From assembly GCA_028821575.1 (NCBI GenBank), contig JAPPFW010000004.1:1-61867 (forward strand): a stretch of 61,867 nucleotides of DNA, written 5' to 3'. Below, in pieces: positions 1 through 9,156 of this stretch (positions are counted from its first letter, which is position 1; the number at the start of each line of letters is the position of its first letter). The DNA comes from a bacterium. GTDB lineage: Bacteria > Actinomycetota > Acidimicrobiia > Spongiisociales > Spongiisociaceae. The translations under genes and the position numbers were made by a program. A model generated the notes under the pieces. That model saw only the letters and a list, made by a program, of their open reading frames with translations. It did no database searches and was not told the DNA's origin.

Positions 1-35
1 TCCCGTGTCAAACCACCCACCCCCACCACTACCCC

Positions 36-54
36 CATGAAGAATTGGGGCTAG
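36..54. repeat. Right end of MITE-family inverted repeat (CATGAAGAATTGGGGCTAG); rest of the element probably upstream of the window
   Basis: 17/18 identical to 42612-42629 (CATGAAGAATCGGGGCTA). Confidence 0.6.
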
Positions 55-125
55 TTGCTAGTTTATGTTGATTTATCCTGGCTACTGACGCCACCTTCAG
101 CCGCGCCAAGGCGGGTCTCGTCCCT

Positions 126-1481
126 CTAGGAGGTCTGGAGCGAGGCGCGGCGGGCCGCTATGTGGATGAGATCCCAGACTCCCGAGAACGGTGGAGCGTA
201 GGCGAGATCGGCCCAGGCAAGCTCGTCGGCCGTCATCTCGTTCCAGATGGCCGTGGCGAACACGTCGATCCGTTTGCCGGCACCCCGTCCTCCTACGACT
301 TGCGCTCCGAGGATTCGTCCTCCGACTCGCTCCGCTACCACCCTGATGGTCATGGGTGCTGCGGTCGGCCAATACCCGGCCGCGGTCGTTCCGTGTGCGT
401 CACCGACCACAACGTCGAAGCCCGCCGCGATTGCGTCGGCCGGGCGGAGACCTGTGGAGGATATCTCCAGGTCGCATACCTTGGTGATAGCGGTGCCGAG
501 CACTCCGGGGAAGCGGGCGTCCCCTCCACCGATGTTGATCCCCGCCACGCGTCCCGCCTTGTTGGCAACCGTGCCGAGGTGGAAGTTGACGGGCTCGCCG
601 GTGAGCCGATGGGCGGCCTCGGCACAGTCGCCCCCCGCCCATACTCCGTCAGCATCGGTCCGCTGGCGGTCGTCCACCGAGATCGCCCCGGTTGGTCCCA
701 GGCCGATGCCGGCCCCGCCTGCAAGGCTTGACTCGGGTCGGAAACCCAGTCCGAGTACCACTACCTCGGCGGGGTGGGTCTCGTCGTCGCATCCGACGCT
801 CTCGACCCGCTCCAAACCGTTGATGCACTCGACCCGGGTTCCGGTCACGACCCGGATCCCCATGTGTTCCATTGCCGCCACGACCTGCAGTCCCAGATCG
901 GGATCGAGAGTCCGGTCGAGCACCGCCTCCCCCGATGTGAGGACGGTGACCTTCCAACCCCGGCTGTGGAAGGCCTCGGCGGCCTCGAGGCCCACATAAC
1001 CCCCGCCAACGACGACCGCATTCCCGGGACCGGCCTCGGCCGCCGTCCTGAGCATTACCGCATCGTCGAGGGTATGGAGTCCGAACACCCCGGGTAGATG
1101 AGCACCTTTGATCGGTGGGCGCAGTGGCCGGGCGCCGGTTCCGATCATGAGCGTGTCGAAACCGAGTTCGGCCCTCTCCCCCGAGTCAAGTGCAGTGACG
1201 GCGACCTTGCGGTGGTCGAGGTCTATGGCGGTGGCTTCGTGGCGGATCCGCACCTCGATACCCATCTGCGCGAAGACTTCCGGACTGCGCGCCACCAGGC
1301 GTTCCAGCGGATCGATGTAACCGGCGACGTAATAGGGCTCACCGCAGGCCGAGTAGCTGACCCATCCGGAGCGTTCGATGGCAATGATCTCCAAGTCATC
1401 CACCGACCTGCGCCGGCGGGCCTGGCTCGCCGCGCTCATCCCGGCCGCGTCACCGCCGATCACGACCATCCGTTCAGCCAT
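126..1481 (-). CDS. CoA-disulfide reductase / NADH oxidase family flavoprotein
   Basis: VIGGDAAGMSAA FAD motif, SYSACG redox Cys, VVGGGYVGLE NAD motif, GGD and C-terminal YAPPF. Confidence 0.9.
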   Translation of the reverse strand: MAERMVVIGGDAAGMSAASQARRRRSVDDLEIIAIERSGWVSYSACGEPYYVAGYIDPLERLVARSPEVFAQMGIEVRIRHEATAIDLDHRKVAVTALDSGERAELGFDTLMIGTGARPLRPPIKGAHLPGVFGLHTLDDAVMLRTAAEAGPGNAVVVGGGYVGLEAAEAFHSRGWKVTVLTSGEAVLDRTLDPDLGLQVVAAMEHMGIRVVTGTRVECINGLERVESVGCDDETHPAEVVVLGLGFRPESSLAGGAGIGLGPTGAISVDDRQRTDADGVWAGGDCAEAAHRLTGEPVNFHLGTVANKAGRVAGINIGGGDARFPGVLGTAITKVCDLEISSTGLRPADAIAAGFDVVVGDAHGTTAAGYWPTAAPMTIRVVAERVGGRILGAQVVGGRGAGKRIDVFATAIWNEMTADELAWADLAYAPPFSGVWDLIHIAARRASLQTS

Positions 1482-1592
1482 CTGTACCTCCTGGGTGCTG
1501 GGATTTGGGAGTTGTGTGGTTGCCTACCTAACACCGAACACCCGGCACCAAACACCTAATGCCAGAAACACCCAGCACCAATCACTTGATGC

Positions 1593-2990
1593 CTAGCCGA
1601 CAAGCCCGAGCGCAGCGGCGTTCTCCTCTATGTACGCGACGAGGCTGTCCACGCTGCCTGCGAAGTCCTCAGCGGACCCCACGAGGGCAGCGAGTGCGGA
1701 CCTCCGGGCCGAACCGTCGTCGGGGGCCGGGATCCGCAGTCCGTCCAGCATCCCCTCCGCGAGCGCAGGCAGGCGGGCGGCGTGCTGGATGGGTCCGTCT
1801 CCGAGCGTCCCCACCGGTACCGGAACCGTTAGACCCCTGACCTGCTCGTTGAACGAGCGGGCTTGATCGATGGTCTCGCCCAGGGCCGCGGCGGTCTCGC
1901 GGTAGGTGACGCCCGTCTCGGCGCTGTTGTCCCAGGCCTGGTTGGCGGCCTCGGCTTGAGCCACCAGGTCGGCGAGGGCCTGCTTGAAACCCTGCAGACC
2001 GTTGATGTAGGCCAGCGCTTCGCCGGACAGTTCCGCCGGCGGCGGAGTAGTTGTCGGGGTCGTGGTGGTTGCGGCCGATGCCGTCGGCGTGAGTCCAGGG
2101 TCCTGGGCGTTCTCCTCGACATCGCGGATCAGGTCGTCAACGGTACCGGTGAACGCCCCGGCTGCTGCGACGAAGTCATCGAGGGCCTCCCGGCGGGCGG
2201 AGCCGTCGTCGGGGGAAGGCAGGCGAAGTCCTTCTAGGACCGCTTCCGCCAGCGGGACCAGTTCGGTCGCCTGCCGGACCAAGCCCTGCAGGCCCTGGGG
2301 GCGGTCGGCCAGCGTGGAGGGTACGGGCAGGCTCATGACCGACTCCTGGAGGGTCCGGGTCCCGTCGATGACGCCGGTGATCGTCGCCTCTGTATCCTCA
2401 AACCGGGCTCCGGTCTCGTCACGGTTGTCCCAGGCCTCGTTGGCGGCGGAGATTTCCGCAACCAACTGGGCGAGCGTTGCCTTGACCTCGGCCAGACCAT
2501 CCAAGAATGTGGTGGCAGACGCGTTCAGAGCCGGGCCTTCTCTACCAGGCGAGGCGGTGGGGGTAGTGGTCCCCGCAGTTTCACCCACGGCCGCGGTGGT
2601 GGTTGCCGGCTGGGTCGGGTCGGGAGCCTCCTCGGAGGTCCCGGTCGTAGCCGTAACCGACGGACCGGTCGTCACGGTGGTGGAGTCCGCAGGATCGGGC
2701 TCATCGCGCGTGAAGACGAACAACGCCACCGCCACAACCAGCACCGCGAAGATGATGTGGGCGTACCGGTTCTTCTTCGGTCCGCGGCCCCCCGCCGACC
2801 GCGAGCGCGACCCGGTGCGGCGCCCTCCGTAGATATTCCTGCGGCGCCGCTGGCGACCTCGACTCGTCAATGGACTCACTGACTCCCTGCGCAGTTCGCT
2901 GAACCTGACGGGAGGAGCAGGCAAACCGTCCGGCAGCAGGAACTCCGACCTGATTGCGGAGGTCGTGGTCCTCGGCGCCAAGCCGGACAT
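1593..2990 (-). CDS. Membrane-anchored hypothetical protein with two tandem helical repeat domains and Thr/Pro linkers (start uncertain)
   Basis: Basic stretch then TM helix IIFAVLVVAVALFVF; internal duplication AANEAWDN..GLRLPSPDDGSARR / AANQAWDN..GLRIPAPDDGSARR. Confidence 0.7.
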   Translation of the reverse strand: MSGLAPRTTTSAIRSEFLLPDGLPAPPVRFSELRRESVSPLTSRGRQRRRRNIYGGRRTGSRSRSAGGRGPKKNRYAHIIFAVLVVAVALFVFTRDEPDPADSTTVTTGPSVTATTGTSEEAPDPTQPATTTAAVGETAGTTTPTASPGREGPALNASATTFLDGLAEVKATLAQLVAEISAANEAWDNRDETGARFEDTEATITGVIDGTRTLQESVMSLPVPSTLADRPQGLQGLVRQATELVPLAEAVLEGLRLPSPDDGSARREALDDFVAAAGAFTGTVDDLIRDVEENAQDPGLTPTASAATTTTPTTTPPPAELSGEALAYINGLQGFKQALADLVAQAEAANQAWDNSAETGVTYRETAAALGETIDQARSFNEQVRGLTVPVPVGTLGDGPIQHAARLPALAEGMLDGLRIPAPDDGSARRSALAALVGSAEDFAGSVDSLVAYIEENAAALGLVG

Positions 2991-3207
2991 GGTCGCTCGT
3001 TCCCCGACTCCGTGATCATATCCCGCTCCAACAGGCCATTAGTGCAAATCGCGCCCTTCGCGTCCAGATCGACCGAACCCGAATCGATCCGAAGGTCGAA
3101 GACGTGAAGTCGTTAGCGCGGGGGCACCCGGGCGTTCGGGCGCTGTCCGTCAAGGCAGGGCGCCGCCCATGTTGATAGATTCGGTTCGAGCAACCCTGGA
3201 GGTGAGG

Positions 3208-3567
3208 ATGATCAAGCTCATCGGGACGGCGTACAAGCGGGACGACTTCACTACCGAGGAGTTCTTCGATTACTGGTTCGACGTACATGCGCCGATATCG
3301 GCATCCCTTCCGGGGTTGAGGGGTTACGTGGTCTCCGAGGTGGTCCGGAAGTTGGGCGGCGAACTCGAGACGGAGGCCTTCGTGGAGCAGTGGTACGACG
3401 ACGAGGAAGCCTGGGACCGCGCCTCCGCCACCCCGACGGCCGCTGCTGCCTGGGAGGATGTGGGCAACTACGCCAAGACGACCGGGACTTTCTGGGTGGT
3501 CAAGGAACATGTGATCGTGCCGCCGCCGGACCGGGGCCCGGGGCTGGCCGCCGGCTGGAAGGAGTGA
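3208..3567 (+). CDS. EthD family protein
   Basis: MIKL..KRDDFTTEEFFDYWFDVHAP..LPGLRGY signature; GGAGG RBS. Confidence 0.85.
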   Translation: MIKLIGTAYKRDDFTTEEFFDYWFDVHAPISASLPGLRGYVVSEVVRKLGGELETEAFVEQWYDDEEAWDRASATPTAAAAWEDVGNYAKTTGTFWVVKEHVIVPPPDRGPGLAAGWKE

Positions 3568-3569
3568 GC

Positions 3570-4355
3570 ATGAGGCGGTTCGAGGGCAAGAACGTATTCG
3601 TCACCGGTGCAGGGAGCGGCTTCGGAAGGCGCACGGCGCAGCGCTTCGCCGAGGAGGGTGCACGGCACGTCTACATGGTGGACTACAAGCAGGAACGTCT
3701 CGACGAAGCCGCTCCGTCCATCGAGGCGTCCGGAGCGATCGCGCACAAGATCTGCCTGGACATGGGCGACATGGACAACTGCGTAGAGGCCATGGCCGAG
3801 GCGTTGGAGATCGATCCCAGGCTGGACGTCCTGGTGTCGAACGCCGGCGCGTGGGTCGACGTCCCTTTCATCGACATGGCTACCTCCGACTGGAGGCGGA
3901 TACTCTCGGTGAACCTCGACGCCTATTTCGTCTTGGCGCGGGAGGCGGCACAGGCGATGAAGAAGACCGGTGGGGGGGTCATCCTGTTCACGTCTTCGAT
4001 CGTGGCCCTCGGTCACGGGCGGGGGTTCACGGCCTACTGCGTCTCCAAGGCAGCGCTGGTGTCTCTGGCCAGGGCGATCGCGGTGGAGTGCGCCCCTTAC
4101 GGGATCCGGGCCAACTGTGTGAGTCCTGGCCCTGCCGACACCCAGCAGTCGGTCGACCTGGTGGGTGAGGAACTGATGGACAAGTGGCGCATGCACGGGT
4201 TCCCGGTGGTCCCCGCCAACCGCTTGGCCGACGACAGCGATATCGCCGAAGCCTTCCTATACCTGGCATCCGACGCGGCCAAGTACGTGAGCGGGGTCAA
4301 CCTGGTCGTCGATGGCGCTCTCACAGCCCAGACCTACGACGTCCCTGAGAGTTGA
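3570..4355 (+). CDS. Short-chain dehydrogenase/reductase (SDR)
   Basis: TGAGSGFG, SNAG, YCVSK (YxxxK), VSPG, VDG motifs. Confidence 0.9.
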   Translation: MRRFEGKNVFVTGAGSGFGRRTAQRFAEEGARHVYMVDYKQERLDEAAPSIEASGAIAHKICLDMGDMDNCVEAMAEALEIDPRLDVLVSNAGAWVDVPFIDMATSDWRRILSVNLDAYFVLAREAAQAMKKTGGGVILFTSSIVALGHGRGFTAYCVSKAALVSLARAIAVECAPYGIRANCVSPGPADTQQSVDLVGEELMDKWRMHGFPVVPANRLADDSDIAEAFLYLASDAAKYVSGVNLVVDGALTAQTYDVPES

Positions 4356-4389
4356 GGTTGTAGGGGGCGCTGTACGGCCTACTGACCTA

Positions 4390-4464
4390 TGGCTGGTGGC
4401 TGGTGGCTGGTGGCTGGTGGCTGGTGGCTGGTGGCTTGTGGCTGGTGGCTGGTGGCTGGTGGCT
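4390..4464. repeat. Heptamer tandem repeat (TGGCTGG)x~10.7
   Basis: Read directly; one variant unit TGGCTTG. Confidence 0.95.
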
Positions 4465-4502
4465 ATTAGATAGTAGATAAGTGGTTAGCGAGAGGTTGGA
4501 TA

Positions 4503-4703
4503 GTGGCATGGAATGTACCACCGTCTACTTTCCGGGTGATCTCTCGCTACCGGGATCTCGGAATCGGACTGGCCGACGCTTCACTGGTCGTCCTAGCGGA
4601 CCGGTATCAGACGGACACGATCTTCACACTCGACGAGCGCGATTTCCGGGTCGTGACAGGCTTGTCGGGTCGACCGTTCCGACTGCTACCGGCTGACCTC
4701 TGA
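4503..4703 (+). pseudogene. C-terminal fragment of a VapC/PIN toxin
   Basis: RYRDLGIGLADASLVVLA..IFTLDERDFRVV is the PIN C-terminal half; the N-terminal DT motif and an antitoxin are absent. Confidence 0.75.
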
Positions 4704-4733
4704 CTCAGGATCGACCCATGGGTCTGCGGGCGA

Positions 4734-5897
4734 TCAGCCAGCCAGGTCGACAGCTGTCTGAGCCAGGATCTCCGCGGCCACCGCTGTCTCCTCGATCCCG
4801 ACCCACTCCTCGTCGGAGTGGGCCTGGTCGATGCTCCCGGGGCCGAAGATCACGCAACTGATCCCGGCCGGATCGAAGCAGGACGCGTCGGTACCGTAGG
4901 TGACGCCAATCGGTTGGGTGCGGTGCCCGGTTACCCCTTCCCGCGCTCCGATCAGCGCCCGTACGACCGGGCTGCCGGGCGGTGTGTCCAGGGCGGAGGT
5001 GATCATGAAAGGGTCGCGCCGCTCCACAGGTACGCCGTCGAGAGGGGCCAGTAGCTCGTCGAAGGCGGTCAGGACATCCTCGGTGTCCTCCCCGGGGATC
5101 ACTCTGCGGTCCAGGCCGATGACGCACTCGGCAGGGACGACATTGATACCCGTGCCTCCCTCGATGGTGGCGACGGTCAGGGTGGCAGGTCCGACCAGGT
5201 GGTGGCCGTCGGGATCGAGGTCCGGTATGTACTCGTTTTCCAGGGCGTCCAGTACCCGGGACATGGCGTGGATGGCGTTGCGTCCAAGATGCGGCTTCGA
5301 CGAGTGAGCGGGGACGCCGGAGGTGGCGATCTCGAAGCGGATCACGCCCTTGTGGGCGGTAGCGACCTCCAGGCCGGTCGGTTCTCCTACGACTGCCATA
5401 TCGATCTCGGGATGGGAGGCCACCAGGGCTTCGGCGCCGCTCCCGCCCGCCTCCTCGTCGATCCCGCCGACGAAGACAACGGTGGCCCTCTCTGCCGGGT
5501 CCACACCCTCGAGCAGCCTTAGCGACTCGACCATCGCCACGAGGGAGCCCTTGGTGTCGCACGCGCCCCTTCCGTAGACGTTCCCGCCCGTCGAGAGGGG
5601 TTCGGCGGTGGCCTTTCCCGACAAACCCACTGTGTCCAGGTGGGCGTGGAACATGACGACGGGTGCCGCCTTCCGTCCGGGCAGCGTCACCACGACGTTG
5701 TCCCTCCCTCCCGGATGGACCGGCTCGCGGACCGGTTCGTAGCCAGCCGCTCGCAGATCGGCGACCAGGAGTTCCGCCAACTCCGCTTCTCCCGGTCCAC
5801 CGTCGAAGGTCGGGTTGACCGAGCGGACGCCGACGTATCGCAACAAGAGGCGTTCGACCCTGGCGCGGTCCGATCGGCCTAGAAAACGGGATCTCAT
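4734..5897 (-). CDS. M20 family metallopeptidase/deacylase (ArgE/DapE-like)
   Basis: HAHLDTV, GRGACDTKG, DEE, GEPT, FGPG..AHSDEE motifs. Confidence 0.9.
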   Translation of the reverse strand: MRSRFLGRSDRARVERLLLRYVGVRSVNPTFDGGPGEAELAELLVADLRAAGYEPVREPVHPGGRDNVVVTLPGRKAAPVVMFHAHLDTVGLSGKATAEPLSTGGNVYGRGACDTKGSLVAMVESLRLLEGVDPAERATVVFVGGIDEEAGGSGAEALVASHPEIDMAVVGEPTGLEVATAHKGVIRFEIATSGVPAHSSKPHLGRNAIHAMSRVLDALENEYIPDLDPDGHHLVGPATLTVATIEGGTGINVVPAECVIGLDRRVIPGEDTEDVLTAFDELLAPLDGVPVERRDPFMITSALDTPPGSPVVRALIGAREGVTGHRTQPIGVTYGTDASCFDPAGISCVIFGPGSIDQAHSDEEWVGIEETAVAAEILAQTAVDLAG

Positions 5898-6081
5898 GTC
5901 CTGGAACCTTACCGGACCGGGCTTGGCCTTTTGGGAGCGGGTCTGGATGGCGAATCCGGCGGATCGCCCGGTGGGGGAGTGCCTTGGCGCAGTCGTGACG
6001 GGCTTGCGAGCGAAGTCGCCTGCACGCGTTGTTCAGAACACTCCTAGAGTCGCGGGCGGCAACTCGACGCGGGAGGAGGCC

Positions 6082-6891
6082 ATGTGCACGACCGGGTTCC
6101 TCAGGCCGGGGCCGGACGACTACCTGCTGTTCAAGAATAAGGACTTCGGCCGGGCCAGCTTCGACGACCGGATCGTCCTAGAGGAGAAGGTGTTCGGCGT
6201 CGAGGGGATAGTCACCTGGGCCGGAGACGACCCGGATGCGGACGTGTTCTCGGGGTTCTCGGTCGGTGCCAACTCGTCGGGTCTCCTCGTCTGCGACTCC
6301 AACGTGCGGACTCTGCCCGATCACGCCAACTATGACGACCTGGTGGAGATCGCCCTGCGGGAAGGGAGCGACGTGGCCTCGGCCGTGGATGCCGTCCAGC
6401 GGGCTGTCGCGGCCCGTCCGTACCTATGGGGGAACCTGCTGATGATCGACGGCGAGAGCCAAGTGGCGGTGGAGGTCCGCAGCCGGAGGACGGCGGTGCT
6501 GCCGCTCAGCCGCGCCACGGCTCGCGCCAACCACCACACCGAGTTGGGCATCCATCCCCGCAACGACGACACGGTGACCACAGAGGACCGGATGGCCTCT
6601 GCCCAGAAGCGTCTCGACCGCGCCGCGTCCATAGACGATGTCCTCGTCCTCCTCAGCAGTCATGACCAAGGGGACACCGGAGTGTGCAACCACGCGCTGT
6701 ACACGACGGTGTACAGCTACGTGCTGCACCACACCGCGGGTAGGACCACGTTGCTGGTCAAGAGAGGGCGCCCATGCGAGGCAGGCCCGCGGATCTCACT
6801 GGCTCTTCCTCTCGGCCGGGACTGGTCGCGCGCCGCGGTCGACGACTTCAAGGCCGGATACCCGTCGGGCCGGCTGCGGGTGGTCCGCTGA
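6082..6891 (+). CDS. Ntn-hydrolase, C45 peptidase / acyl-CoA:6-APA acyltransferase-like
   Basis: GGAGGAGG RBS then M-C-T-T N-terminal nucleophile; KNKD, GANSSGL, ANH motifs. Confidence 0.75.
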   Translation: MCTTGFLRPGPDDYLLFKNKDFGRASFDDRIVLEEKVFGVEGIVTWAGDDPDADVFSGFSVGANSSGLLVCDSNVRTLPDHANYDDLVEIALREGSDVASAVDAVQRAVAARPYLWGNLLMIDGESQVAVEVRSRRTAVLPLSRATARANHHTELGIHPRNDDTVTTEDRMASAQKRLDRAASIDDVLVLLSSHDQGDTGVCNHALYTTVYSYVLHHTAGRTTLLVKRGRPCEAGPRISLALPLGRDWSRAAVDDFKAGYPSGRLRVVR

Positions 6892-6961
6892 TCGGTCCGC
6901 CCGCAGCGGATTCGTCCCCGGCGGACCCCCGGGGTGGTGAGAAGGCATCCGGAGGATCGGA

Positions 6962-7687
6962 TCAGAGTTGCATCCCGATGGCCTTCTGCCGGAGCCGCTT
7001 GCGTCGCTGCGGGACGTCCGGCAGGAAACTCTGAACGAGGTTCCAGAAGTCGGGGGAGTGGTTTCTCACCTGCAGGTGGGCAAGTTCGTGTACCACCACG
7101 TAGTCGATGAGGTCGGGCTCGAGCATCATCACCCTCCAGTTGAAGCGAAGGGTTCCGTCGACTCCACAACTCCCCCAGCGCTTGCGCTGGTTCCGGATCA
7201 GCACCAGTGACTTCGGTCCGTGTCCGGCCACGGGCCACCAGCGGTCGACGGTTTCCACTAGGTGTTCACCGGCGCGGTAGTGGTACCACTTGAGGAATGC
7301 TTGGCCGATCATCTCCACCCGTTCCTCATCACCGGCTCCGACCGGTTCCGTCACCTTGAAGACTCCATCCTCCAGGTCGACCTCCGGGCCGCTCACGTCC
7401 GCGGTCTCGAAGACCATGGGGATCTCACGGCCCAGATAGGCGAGGGTCTCTCCATCAGCGAATCGGATCGGTTCGATCTCGCTCAACCTCGCAAGGTGGC
7501 TCAGGATCCACGAGCCGCGATCGCGAACGAACTCCCGAATCTCGGAGCCTGAGACGGCCCACGGAACGTAGACGCAGACGCCGTCACGGCTCACCCGGAC
7601 CTCGATCGTCTTCTTGCGGCGCTTGCTGCGGCGGATCTCGTAGTTGATGGTGGTGCCCCCATGCGTGATGGAGTCTCGATCGGTCAC
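6962..7687 (-). CDS. YgjP/DUF45 (M48/SprT-like) zinc metalloprotein
   Basis: RRSKRRKKTI, RWGSC, DYVVVHELAHL..NHSPDFW. Confidence 0.9.
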   Translation of the reverse strand: MTDRDSITHGGTTINYEIRRSKRRKKTIEVRVSRDGVCVYVPWAVSGSEIREFVRDRGSWILSHLARLSEIEPIRFADGETLAYLGREIPMVFETADVSGPEVDLEDGVFKVTEPVGAGDEERVEMIGQAFLKWYHYRAGEHLVETVDRWWPVAGHGPKSLVLIRNQRKRWGSCGVDGTLRFNWRVMMLEPDLIDYVVVHELAHLQVRNHSPDFWNLVQSFLPDVPQRRKRLRQKAIGMQL

Positions 7688-8094
7688 TCGGGCCCCTTCC
7701 CGTCTGTCCCGACGAGCCGGTCGGCCGGTCCGTCGGAGTGGTTCATCTTCGTGCCCTCCCTGACCGGTCGATCGCATCCGGGGATCGACCGGGCTGGTCT
7801 CCCAAAACAACCCAGGCGATGCGTCGCCCCGGCATGCCCTCGCGATGGGATGCGTCTGCATCCGGTCTCCCCATTTGTTACAGGTGCGGAGCCGCCGCGT
7901 CTAGACCCCTGTGCAAAGAAGAGACGGTCGCTCGGACTCCGGACCTCGGGCGACCACGATGAGCCTCGGCCCGGCTGGCACGGTAGCGGCGCCGTCAGCG
8001 ATCATATACCGGGTCGCTCAGGTGGTGTTGCTTGACGTTCCTGTGGGGCTGTGTGCATTTCTCTGGTCCACCCCACCCAGGTGATCGGTCGCCG

Positions 8095-9060
8095 TCAGGA
8101 GTTGACTCGCCCGGAGGCGAGCAGCCGACGGAAGTCCTCGACCGTTCCGGCGATGCCATCTTCGAGAGAACGCTGCCGGTAGTCGATGATCTGGTCCAGC
8201 CCCCTGCCGTCGATGATCGATGGCAGGGGGAATGGATCGGAGTCGTAGGTAGTCTCGATACCCGGGGTGGTGGCGTCGATCAGCGCGGCGATCTCGGAGA
8301 TGTCGGCCACCGGACCTCCGACGTTGTGGACGAGCGCGGTGTCCGCCTCGAGCCGTGCCGACGCGATGAATATGGCTGCCATGTCCTGCGCGTGCTGGTA
8401 GGTCACCGTTCCGCCGTAACCGATGTGACCGGATTGGCGGGCCGCGGCGGCCAGCATCACCTTGGTGGCGCCTGACGTGAGGCCCTGATCCCGCCCGAGG
8501 CCGTAGATGACCGAGGGGCGGAGTCCCACCGATCCCACTTTCCAGTCGGCCGCGTAGATGCGAGCGGTCCACTCGTTGGCCTGCTTGTAGGCGCCGTACA
8601 GGGTGGCGGGTGCGGTCGGCGAGTCATCGTGGACCACGCCGCCCTCGTACATTGGGGCCGGGCCGAACACACCGATGGAACTGGCGTAGGTGAGCCCGCG
8701 GACCTGCCCGTCCGAGCGGCGCTTCGCCTCTAACACGTTCAGCGTTCCGGTGACGTTGACCAGGGAGCCGTTGATCGGATCGGCCGCGCAGAACGGGACC
8801 TGCAACCCGGCCAGGTGGACGATATGGGTGATCCTCTCCTCCCGGATCACTTCCCGGACCGCGGCTCCGTCCCTTATGTCTCCCCTGCGGAATACGACCG
8901 TCTCGAGTTCCTCGTCGTCGAGCACCAGGCGCAGCCGGTGCTGGTCGCCGGTGACGTCGAAGGCGACCACGGGTGTCCCCTCGCGGACCAGTTCGTGAAC
9001 CGCCCACGCACCGATACATCCGGCTGAGCCTGTAACGAGCATCCGTTCCGTATCGGTCAT
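8095..9060 (-). CDS. NAD-dependent epimerase/dehydratase
   Basis: VTGSAGCIG, HLAG, YASS, YGAYK; AAGGAGG RBS. Confidence 0.9.
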   Translation of the reverse strand: MTDTERMLVTGSAGCIGAWAVHELVREGTPVVAFDVTGDQHRLRLVLDDEELETVVFRRGDIRDGAAVREVIREERITHIVHLAGLQVPFCAADPINGSLVNVTGTLNVLEAKRRSDGQVRGLTYASSIGVFGPAPMYEGGVVHDDSPTAPATLYGAYKQANEWTARIYAADWKVGSVGLRPSVIYGLGRDQGLTSGATKVMLAAAARQSGHIGYGGTVTYQHAQDMAAIFIASARLEADTALVHNVGGPVADISEIAALIDATTPGIETTYDSDPFPLPSIIDGRGLDQIIDYRQRSLEDGIAGTVEDFRRLLASGRVNS

Positions 9061-9156
9061 CTCCACCCCTCCTTATTTTTCCTATGGCCCGCGGACAAGC
9101 GACAGGATAAGATACTCGGTCAGGCACAACCGGCGCGATCGAAGGAGGACACGCGT

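Noticed and set aside
4390-4464. Heptamer arrays as additional guide arrays or CRISPRs
   Set aside because: Units are essentially homogeneous with no variable positions and no adjacent RAMP gene.
6962-7687. YgjP-like gene as a marker of a type I restriction/defence locus
   Set aside because: No hsdR/M/S or other defence genes are adjacent.
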